Shown here: positions 9,514 to 18,523 of the stretch, piece by piece
How the letters are laid out: each line of letters opens with the position of its first letter
Numbering within the stretch: the stretch's first letter is position 1
Origin: Cyanophora paradoxa CCMP329
Lineage: Eukaryota; Plantae; Glaucophyta
Length of the DNA: 49,848 bases
Assembly (NCBI GenBank): GCA_004431415.1
Contig: QPMI01000238.1
Location: forward strand, 1-49,848
Direction of reading: 5' to 3'
Notes under the pieces: generated by a model
What the model was told of the DNA's origin: nothing
Database searches by the model: none
What the model saw: the letters and a program-made list of their open reading frames with translations, nothing else
Made by a program: the position numbers and the translations under genes

Positions 9514-10446
9514 ATGATTCGGCTGGTCAATATAGATAGCAGAGACCGATCAGATGGACAAATAGAAAACTCCTACAAAGTTTCACTCACAACCCCAGTG
9601 ACCAAACCAAGAGAATGTCGAGTTTTGTATGCAGAGATCCCCAACAGCATCTATAATTCCATTGGAACAGACCACCTTCTTGTCAGATTCTTCTACCAAG
9701 GCATCTCTGAAACCAAACAGGTCTTCCTTCTCCCAAGTGGTTATATTAATCAAGGGCATTTCGGGGTCACCAGTCCATATAATTATGGTCTGAATTTCAC
9801 ATTTACTGGGAGCAACAATCTCACATATGCATTCAAAGTCTACTATAATCCTACCTCCTACAAATTGGAGTTTTACAGTAATGTTCAATTCGAGATGGTA
9901 GCATCTACACAGAGATTGGGTAAACTTCTTGGGGTTAGTTCTGTGGAGTGGGTCGCTTCAATTGAGCAAACCTACGATTTCCCAGAGTCTGCAAGGTCTT
10001 TATATGCCCCCGAGAATTTCCTCTATTTTGCAGGAATCCCAATCACCCCAAACCATCCACAATGGGGAATTACATTTACAGGATATGAATTCGAGGCATC
10101 TCGCTTAAACTACAAGTTAGAAGCAGCCAAGATGACAGACATGAATGCAGAACAGTATTTATACATGCACATTAAAGAACTCTCCCCATTTGCTACAAAC
10201 CACAATATTGTCCCAAGATCACAACCACAGAATCAAGGGGCGATTCTCAGATTGCAGTTAAGTAAAGATATTGGGCAGTATGTATATCACAGTGGAGAGC
10301 ACAGTGAATACATAAAAATAACCGATCGAAACCTGGTGATTAGAGAGTTAACAGTTGAGTTTCGAGATTATTATGGTGATCTTGTAGATATGAATGGGAT
10401 TGACAACTCATTCCAGTTGGAGTTCTTGGCTATTGGTAATGATTAA
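9514..10446 (+). CDS. Minor capsid (penton-like, single jelly-roll) protein 2
   Basis: N-terminal VNIDSRDR..YKVSL..RVLYAEIPNSIYN; C-terminal YLYMHIKEL..LTVEFRDYYGDLVDMNGIDNSFQLEF. Confidence 0.8.
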   Translation: MIRLVNIDSRDRSDGQIENSYKVSLTTPVTKPRECRVLYAEIPNSIYNSIGTDHLLVRFFYQGISETKQVFLLPSGYINQGHFGVTSPYNYGLNFTFTGSNNLTYAFKVYYNPTSYKLEFYSNVQFEMVASTQRLGKLLGVSSVEWVASIEQTYDFPESARSLYAPENFLYFAGIPITPNHPQWGITFTGYEFEASRLNYKLEAAKMTDMNAEQYLYMHIKELSPFATNHNIVPRSQPQNQGAILRLQLSKDIGQYVYHSGEHSEYIKITDRNLVIRELTVEFRDYYGDLVDMNGIDNSFQLEFLAIGND

Positions 10447-10696
10447 ACCGATCCTGATAGAAGAACTCTCCATCTGTCTCGAAAATATTAAGAAGGGGAC
10501 TCTTAGCATCCTCTGTATACCATCGGCGAATTGTCTTATCCCATTTAGCACCATTCTTTTTCAAGAATCTACAAAGAGTTGATCTCCTTGTAATTCGCAA
10601 TCCCATCTCTTGAAAGATCTCATAATGATCTTGCATTCTATTCACAATCAAGATGTAAGTTCCATGGAAATTGTGATATTGCTGGTTAATCGGCAT
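10430..10696 (-). CDS. Small viral protein with a DUF5710-like motif (88 aa from ATG 10696)
   Basis: LKKNGAKWDKTIRRWY matches the K.xGAxWD...xWY motif; the start at 10696 is supported by CAAAAATTGAC at 10728-10738. Confidence 0.6.
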   Translation of the reverse strand: MPINQQYHNFHGTYILIVNRMQDHYEIFQEMGLRITRRSTLCRFLKKNGAKWDKTIRRWYTEDAKSPLLNIFETDGEFFYQDRFNHYQ

Positions 10697-10718
10697 GTTT
10701 CCTTTACAGCATGATGGG

Positions 10719-10738
10719 AAATCGTTTGTCAATTTTTG
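10719..10738 (-). promoter_or_regulatory. Putative early promoter CAAAAATTGAC-N5-ATTT
   Basis: Fourth copy of the motif, about 32 bp upstream of the ATG at 10696. Confidence 0.55.
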
Positions 10739-10871
10739 GCGAAACGAGAGTATCTCATGAGATAGATGAGAGAATAACAGGTGTGTTTTCAGGGTTGGAG
10801 AAATCGGAGAAACATAGAGTATTGCGATTTCCGAGTTAGTTGACACTGAGATTTTCAGAATTTCAGATGGT

Positions 10872-11052
10872 CTTACTGAAAATGGTCAGATAATCGGGTG
10901 TGACACCTATTTAATTGACTGTGACGCCTCTTTAATTGACTGTGACGCCTGTGACGCCTGTGACGCCTACTTTCAAACTTTTTAAAATTTTCAAAAATTA
11001 CAGACTTCTGAAAACAGCCGTCACAGCCGTCACAGGCGTCACACCCAATTAA
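10872..11052. repeat. Iteron/origin-like cassette B
   Basis: TGTGACGCC at 10941, 10950, 10959 (extra units at 10899 and 10920); 49-bp core 10968-11016; G(C/G)CGTCACA at 11017, 11026, 11035; inverted relative to cassette A. Confidence 0.9.
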
Positions 11053-11182
11053 AAATGGAATCTCTTTCTCTTACTGAGATTCTCGAGAATATATTCTTGT
11101 CTTACTGAAATCCGTCTTGTGACACCTCTGACACCTCCAAAACACTATCCATTAATCAACCTTTTTGAAAATGCGAAGTTGT

Positions 11183-11334
11183 CTTACTGGAAATGGTCTG
11201 CAATTTTGCTGTGACACCTAATTTAATTGAGTGTGACGCCTGTGACGCCTGTGACACCTACTTTCAAACTTTTTAAAATTTTCAAAAATGACAGACTTCT
11301 GAAAACAGGCGTCACAGCCGTCACAGGCGTCACA
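11183..11334. repeat. Iteron/origin-like cassette C
   Basis: TGTGAC(G/A)CC at 11232, 11241, 11250 (extra unit at 11210); 49-bp core 11259-11307; G(G/C)CGTCACA at 11308, 11317, 11326; direct repeat of cassette B. Confidence 0.9.
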
Positions 11335-11447
11335 GACATTCCACCCCTCTTACTGACTTTCTCAAAAACAAAACTATCTCTTACTGAATATCATTTGAAT
11401 ACTACCTGTCACACTTGATCTCAATTATTCTGTTTTATAGAACATAT

Positions 11448-11706
11448 GCAATCTAATCGAATGTTCAATTGGAGACCATGCAACTCTGTGACACTTTTTT
11501 CAATCTAAAATATACATCCGCAATCTCATCGATTGTTTAATTGGAGACCATGCAGTTCCGATATATTCCAATAGAAAATCCCGCAATCTAATCGATTGTT
11601 TAATTGGAGATAATGCAACTCTGTGACACTTTTTCGGTGCAAAAATGTACATCAGCAATCTCATCGATTGTTCAATTGGACACAATGCAACTCTGTGACA
11701 CTTTTT
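11448..11706 (+). repeat. Subterminal tandem array, 4 units (periods 72, 63, 72 bp)
   Basis: Core GCAATCTmATCGAwTGTTyAATTGGAsAymATGCA at 11448, 11520, 11583, 11655; units 1, 3 and 4 continue ACTCTGTGACACTTTTT. Confidence 0.85.
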
Positions 11707-12026
11707 GCGTTTTTCGATACAGAATGGGCGGTGGTCTACTTCAATACATGAGAGATATATCGAGTTTATGCGAATTTATGCAATTTAATCGCGATTATAT
11801 CGATCTTTAAGTAGTTTAATGTTAATCTATCGCAGATTTGTATGTAAACAACAAAGTACATAATCAATCGATATAAGATCAATTGAATCTATCGAAGTTT
11901 AATCGAAAATATGCATTTTGGAAAACGCGTTTTCGTTTTTAATACAAAGTTTGCATTATTTTATACAAAGTTTGCATAAAAAGTTAAAGAAATTAATCGA
12001 AAAATATGTATTTTAGTATTAAATTA

Positions 12027-12111
12027 ACACATATTGAAAAACGAATTTAAATCCAGGAGCGAAGCGCGAAGCGCGAAGCGGAGGGATTTAAATTCGTTTT
12101 TCAATATGTGT
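12027..12111. repeat. Perfect 28-bp inverted repeat with a (GCGAAGC)3 loop
   Basis: ACACATATTGAAAAACGAATTTAAATCC (12027-12054) and its exact reverse complement (12084-12111); the 29-nt loop has GCGAAGC at 12059, 12066 and 12073. Confidence 0.95.
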
Positions 12112-13490
12112 GACATCGATGTCGGCGTCACCGAGTGCGATTCTTTCACTGAACTCCGGAGGCGTAGAGATGACCGGCGAGAGAATTGAAATGGTCCCGG
12201 GGTGCGATCGGGGTGCGATTTGCAGCGCTCGTCAGTTTTCGCTGACCCCAATCGTCGGCATCCTCAGCTTCGAAATGGGCTGCTGCGGTATAGAGCCGAA
12301 CGAAATCCCTGGAGCTGGGTTGACCAGCCTCGGCACGCGCGACACGCCAGTCCTGTACGCGACTTGGTCAAGTTTCAAGGACGACTATGTTATGGCGAAC
12401 TCCAAATATGTGTATGCCCATCAACTGAACGTCACGAGTGCGATCATTGTTTTCGCACTCATTATTGAATCATGCAATATTTATATATTTCTCCCGCAGT
12501 GCCGCCCACCCCGACACCGTCCGCGACGCCTTCGCCGTCTCCGACCCCCTCGGCGTCTCCGTCGCCGTCCCCCTCGCCGTCCGCGATGCCCCCGCCGTCT
12601 GCGCTGCCCACTCCGCCTCCGCCTGCGGATCCGATCGCGACCCCCACCACGATTCCGGTACCTCCTCCAACGACGCCGACGACCGAGCAGCAGCAGACTC
12701 AGGCCACTAGTACTCCGACGCCAACTGCAGCTGCTCTGCCACTTGCAGTTGCACCACTGGTGCGGATTGACTGAAAGCTGGAGTCTGCATTTGATCTCAA
12801 CCACTTGCTTGAATGTGAACGCGATCGCGTGCAGCCCTTCATCACCAAGAACGAGAGCAAGGAGGTCGTCGTCGGCAATTTCAAGGTTCGAATCGACTTC
12901 AAGATTTTCCATCACCATTCATATTACCGCCGTTGACAATTGCGCAACAACAGTTTAAGCCGACGGATTTCAAGCCTGACAAGGTGTAGTTTTTTTTATT
13001 CCCCTGACTCTCCGTCACGTGTGCGTAACTATAATCTCGCGACATCGCTAAAGCTTGTGAACGCCAGGACGCGGATGGCAAAAATGTTTACAAGGTCCAG
13101 CTTCCTGCAGCGGTCGTCTCTGCTTCAACGGTTCACTCGCTTGCACTTTGTTTTGTCATGATCAACGGTTATTCCTCGTCATACTGACCATGATCGCAGA
13201 CCGGATCCAGCGCGAACAATTTCGTTATCATTCCAGTCACCGGCGTCCTCGAGGTGCGCTCAGTGCATATATCAATTTCTCGAAATAATCCGATCGATAT
13301 TCAGCTCCCGATAATCAGCTCCCGATAATTAGAACCTGTGTTTACACAAATGTTTAAACGAATGCAGGTCGGGGATAAAGTGATCGTGTTCATCATGAGC
13401 GCGGACGGCAAGACAAAGCGTCCGGCAACGCAGACTTCCGTCGAGGCGTCCGGCAACGACGTCGTTCTCAAATTCAGTAAGAACGGATAT
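12112..13490 (+). pseudogene. Possibly 5'-truncated spliced host gene with a Pro/Ser/Thr-rich linker
   Basis: Codon-like exons bounded by GT..AG (e.g. acceptor at 12499; PTPTPSATPSPSP tract; VGDKVIVFIMSADGK exon); in-frame TGA at 12772-12774; the 3' end may extend to about 14.1 kb. Confidence 0.35.
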
Positions 13491-14829
13491 ATCATTAATA
13501 CATAATTTCTTCTCATCGATTTCGGCCCCCCGCGGCCACGATCCGCAGAGGCTCCGCAGCTGCGCCGTAGCCTGCTGCAGTTCGGCGCCAATATCGCAGT
13601 GCGTTTGAGGGTTCCTCGTGCGCACCGCCTCCTCTCAACGCACTGCAGTACGACCTTCGCATCGAGCCGGACCCGGTCGCACCCGGAGCGCGCGCGTTCA
13701 TCCCGATCGTCTTTGGCGGCGTGCGCTTGCTTTAATTTGCTTCGATTCCTATCAACTCGATCAATATCTGGCGATGAACATGCGCAATGCATATATATAC
13801 ATGAATGCGCAATAAAAAAGGAGAATATTAATAATTACAATATTCGCGAATTTGACTTTAAACTACCACGCAACAGGCATTCCAATGGACCGCGCTCGCT
13901 TCATCTGTCCCCTATTGGCCCAACGGCGCGGCGTCCATTCACGTAAGCCTGTTTCAGCTGTTTAATTTGCTTTACATCAACGGTCTGATCTAATATTATG
14001 CCCCCCGCAGAACTCGCTGGTTTCCAACATTGTTTGCGCCCTCGTCTCGATCTCTTTCGCCCTCGTCATGCAGATCTAGATGCATTTGCCTGGGGCGAAC
14101 CAGGAGGAGATCGACAGGTCCGAGGTCGACCTGGCGCCGGCACGGCCACCGGTTCAATAAAATCTTGCGCTTGCGATACATATGATTTCGGTTTCGGTTT
14201 ATATAATTAAAAAGGTTTTCGATCACACTGTAGCTATTCGAAATTCATAGATCTAGATTTCGTGTAATAATGCGAATATTAAATAATTATAATTATAATG
14301 CACGTAGGGTTCGATTTTAACTAGTAAGCGCATGCACACGCACGCGTACGCGTGGTTCCCACGTGCACTAGCCGCGTCGGCACCAGCACGGGCGGACTTG
14401 AGCACTTAGCTTGCACGAGGACTTGAGCGGGGCCTAGCTGGCGCGGGCATGCGCAGGGCCCGGGGTTCGTTCTCGCTTGCCTGCAGCTGCACGCGCATGC
14501 GCAGCCGCTGGGCTGCGGCTTGCAGGCATCCTAGACTGGAGATATATGCGTGTACCGCCGCGTGCTGCGTCGGCGCCCATGGGAGCTCGCGCGACGCACA
14601 AGGCTGAGCTTAAAAAAGCTTGAGCGGTGACAACTGGTGGGGCCCGGGCCGGGGGAGCACCGGCTACGTTGGGCACTAGTACTAGTACTGGCTGGCAAGG
14701 AGGAGGGGGCCGGGGGAGAGGGGGGACGACTGGCTGGCGCTGGCTGGCTAAGTGAGGAAGGGAGGGGGAAAGAAAGCGAGCGCTGGCCATGGGCCGCGGG
14801 CTCGGCATGGGGGCGCCGAGGGGGCGGGG

Positions 14830-15714
14830 CTAGAAGATGCGGGGGGCGTGGACCTGGGGCAGGCCGTCGAGGGCGTGGAGGACGCTCTGCCGCTGGGCGG
14901 CCTGCGCCGTGAGCCGCAGCGGCTCGCGCTGCGGCCGCGCCCGGCGGCCGGCCGCGCGGGGGCGGCCTGCAGGCCCTCGAAGGGATGCGGCGCCACCGTC
15001 AGGTGCGCGATCTCCTCCAGCTCCACCCCGGGCTGCCCCCGCCGCGCGCGCGCGCACGCGCCCTGTCAGACTCGGCCCGCGCGCGCCTCTGACGTCGACA
15101 GAGCTCGAGCGGAAGGTGAAATTAAAGTATACGTAAAGCACCTGCGGCGGCTGCAGAACGCGTACGTTAACTCCGTACAGGGCGACGGGGCCGACGTAGT
15201 CGTAGCGCTAGCGCCTCAGCTGCAGGCACTGGGGGTGCCAACCGAATGAGCGCAGCGGATAGCACCAGGGCGGGAGGAGGACGCTGCGGCGCGCCTGCTC
15301 GACCTCGTAGTCGTCGACGGCGGCGTACGCCGTGACGACTGCCGCGGCCTCGCCGGCCGCACGATCCGGAAGCGCTTCGACGCTGCGCGGGGGCGCCGTC
15401 CTTCCTCGCGCGCGCGGCCCTCCCCGCGCCTGCGCCGCCTGTGCGCATGCCGCCCTCCGAGGACGCCGGACGCCTCGGCCGACGCGGGGGGGCTCTCCCC
15501 CGCGGCCGGCGACTCGCCCTCCCCCTCGTCGGACCCGCGCCGCTGCCGCCGTCGCTGCTCTCCTCCTAGCTATAGGCCTCCTCCTCCTCCTCCTCTGTAC
15601 ATGTCGTCCGCTGCTGCCGCTCTGCGACGTCGACGGCGGCGGCGGACGGCTAGCGCTCCTTGCAATTGATAGGCAAGGGCATGCGCTGCGGCTCGCGGGC
15701 GTCCCGGAGTCCAT
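14830..15714 (-). CDS. Spliced host hypothetical protein
   Basis: Exon-like segments YAAVDDYEVEQ, YDYVGPVALYGVNVRVLQPPQ, VELEEIAHLTVAPHPFEGLQ and QSVLHALDGLPQVHAPRIF* separated by short introns; start uncertain. Confidence 0.35.
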
Positions 15715-17411
15715 GGCGAGGTCGAGGCCTTCGAGATATATATGTACGTACGCGTCACACACACGGCGTTTCTGATCATGAAGATGAGACGTCGACAACC
15801 CTCTGATGCTAGACTGATAGCCAGTACTAGTACTATAGCTAGTGATAGGCGCCTCATGCGCTAGCGCTAGCGCTAGCGCTGGATCGAGCTGCAGCTGTCA
15901 AATATAAACGTTGGTTCATTCACGTGCACCGAAACCTGGGATACGTATATACGTGTTTAGATCCCCGGGTACGTGTTTAGATCCCCGGGTACACGCGGCG
16001 GCGGCCGCCGTCGACGTCACACCGGCCTCTCTCGCCTCTGCTCTCGATTCTCCGTACCCTTCCAACAGCTGCACTAGTACTCTATCTCCTCCTCCACCCT
16101 CCCTTCCCCCCTCGAGCTCCTCGGCCTCTGCTCCGCCTCCGAGTGTCGGCGAGACTGTCCTCTTTAATTTGCGGTCTCCCCGTCCTTCCGAAGTTCCGGC
16201 TCCCTGCTCCCTCTTCGGCACCTCGGGTCTCCGGATCCTCTGCGGGTCCTGTCCCGCTTCCTGGTGCTCGTGAGGTTCGCCGCCGGCGCGCGCCCTCGTC
16301 GGGCCCTTGCGCCCTCGAGCTCGTCTAGATCTCTCTCTGCACCCTCCAGATCTAGAGCCCCGGTGCCGCCTGTTACGGTGCCAGCCGACCTTCGAGCTTC
16401 CTCCTGCTTCGTTGCCCCCTCTTCGTGGTCCTTCCTCTGCCTCCGGCCCCTCCTCGCGATCGCCTCCCTCCTCGCCTCTTCCTTCCCCCCCGCCGCGTTC
16501 CGTCGCCGGGTACCGGTCTCTATATATGTCGACCCTGGAGTCTCCGCCTGCCCCTGTCTGCAGCTGCAGGGCACTTCCGGACCCTCCGCCATATATGGCG
16601 GAGTGTTCGAATTCGGCGCCGGCATCGACTGTCAGTGCGCATGCTTTACCTAGCTATAGTAGCTGCCCCGTCTTGGCTCTCCGAGGACGTCTTCGAATTC
16701 GTCGCGATCGTCGCCGCGGGGCCTGGCCGGCGCGCTGACAAATCCCCGGGCGCCTTAAGCTTCGAATTCCCCGGCTGCGGACGTCGACGCGGCGCCGGCG
16801 CCGGATCCGGACGCGGGCCGGGTGCCACGGTGCGTCGGATCCAGAGCCTCGGAGTCGGAAGGCTGCGTCGGTGCCCCGCGCGCGGCCGTCCGCTCTGACG
16901 ATCTCGAGACCGGCGGCGGCCACGTACATGCATATGTACATGTACAGCTACGTATACGTGGTGCCGGCTGCACGCGCAGCTGCGCGCGGCCGCGGCCGCG
17001 GCCGCGGGCTAAAGCTTGTCCGAATTCGAAGCTTAAGGCGCTGCGGGTACCGGTGTTTCAGCCGTGTTCGAATTCGTCTTCTTGATCTGAATTGAGCTTG
17101 ATCATGATCATGAGCCGCGCGCGCGCGTGCGCGCGGGGCGGCGGCTCGGATTTCATCTAGCTGACTCTTGTTGCGCCAATTGCAAGTGAGCGCTTGTTTT
17201 CAGCCGCTGTGCACGTGGAAGCAGAATCGATATCGACGCCGGTACCGGTGATCATGAAGTTCACGGTTCACCGTTCACCGAAAACCGGGGTACGAGTTTA
17301 GACCCCGGGTACACGTTAGGAGCAAGGGTTCGTTTCTCGGCTTCGCAGCCTCGCGCGGTCTCAGCGAAAGTTGGAAAGATACCGTCAGCCGCGTCGCGTC
17401 TTTCCGAAGCG

Positions 17412-18221
17412 ATGCTGAACGGTTGGGCCGCTAGCCGGATTTCGGAGTTTGGCGCCGTACAGCCCGCGTACGGATATCAGCAACACGTATCTCCCCAAAG
17501 ACCAGATAACAGCGATCCGGAAGGTACGGGCCCTTGTGTAGGATCGACGAGAACATTCGCGCCAGCGGCGTGTGACGCAAGGCTCTCACCCGTTTTTAGA
17601 TCCGTTCTAGCTCTCTCGCTGACATTTCTCGTCTTTCCCGTCCTGCAGCCGAGTTCCAAAGCTATCTGCAGCGCCGCCTGCCGGACGAGGACTCGCATGC
17701 TTTGGATGCGTATTCGCACGACCATGGCATGGAAGATGTCGACGCGCCGCAGCCGCCCCCAGCCTGGTACCAGCCGGCGACACCGCAGCAGCAGACGCAG
17801 CGCCACCCGCCCTTCTCTCAGGTCCATATGCACGTTCTCCTCCCGCGTTCGCGTCAGCCGATGGGGGAGCGCAGGCCGTGCCGCACTCGCCGCAGGATTC
17901 TATGGCGCTCGAGGGATCGGGCAACGATCCCGTGAACCTGGTGAGGCGCCGCGCCCCCGCCGCGGCCCGCTCCTTTCCGACACGCGCCGCCGCAGCTTTT
18001 TCGAGTTCCCGCGGCTCACTTTGGATCCCCCTGCCGGCAAGAACTTAAGCGGAAGATAGGAGACATCCTCAGCCCGCAGAAGAGGCCGAAGAGCGGCTTC
18101 AACTACCCCTCCATCGGATGTGCGCCCCGCGCCGCGCCCGCGAGCCTCGCCGCCGCCCCCGCTTTCTTACCCGCCCGCAGCGCCCTGCGGCTTCCCTTGC
18201 GGGGCGACCGCTTCCCTGTAA
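17412..18221 (+). CDS. Spliced host hypothetical protein with a basic NLS-like motif
   Basis: ATG 17412; GT..CAG introns (acceptors at 17895, 17995, 18180); ELKRKIGDILSPQKRPK; TAA 18219-18221. Confidence 0.5.
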
Positions 18222-18523
18222 AGATTCGGTATCGGCGCCCCCGCGGTAGTCTAGTCTAGTGTAGAACCGGTTAGGTACGGGCAGTCGCAGTCTCGCAGTG
18301 TTTAAAGTAGCCGTAGACTTATATAGCAGGCGCGGCAGGCCCGTCTGAAGAAGTTTTGGCCGCCGCTTCACTCTTTCGATTGCTTCTAAGCAAGTGTCAC
18401 GAGGCGAAGCGCACGCTTCGATCTGTGTTCTTGGCTTTCGCTATCCCTGTATACGTGAATTCTTGCTACAGAATTCGAACCTGAGAGTACATATAACGCT
18501 CTACCCCCCTCCCCCCCCCTCGG

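Larger units (their letters stand above)
1..11740. mobile_element. Endogenous Polinton-like virus (left end outside window; right end tentative)
   Basis: Compact, intron-less, AT-rich block carrying pPolB, primase-helicase, A32 ATPase, DJR major capsid and penton-like genes, sharply distinct from the GC-rich, intron-rich host DNA to the right. Right end tentatively placed at ...GTGGTCTACT (11740), matching the 5'-AG...CT-3' termini of Polintons. No integrase or recombinase gene seen in the window. Confidence 0.9.

Noticed and set aside
6225-9888. Alternative-frame and antisense ORFs overlapping the ATPase, MCP and penton genes (e.g. 6977..7303, 7515..7886, 8469..8864)
   Set aside because: They are shadows of well-supported genes with no recognisable motifs.
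10697-10846. Extended N-terminus of the 138-aa ORF
   Set aside because: It uses a non-ATG start and spans the promoter-like motif at 10728-10738.
11448-11706. CRISPR-like array (about 35-bp repeats with 28-37-bp gaps)
   Set aside because: The gaps are related to each other (units 1, 3 and 4 share ACTCTGTGACACTTTTT), the repeats are degenerate, and there are no cas genes; it is better explained as a tandem duplication.
1-11740. Classical virophage (Lavidaviridae) or canonical animal Maverick
   Set aside because: No separate adenain-like maturation protease or retroviral-type integrase is visible, and the MCP and penton patterns look PLV-like. The left part is missing, so the classification stays provisional.
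12772-12774. Selenocysteine or recoded TGA
   Set aside because: No redox motif or recognisable SECIS; a nonsense mutation or sequencing error is simpler.
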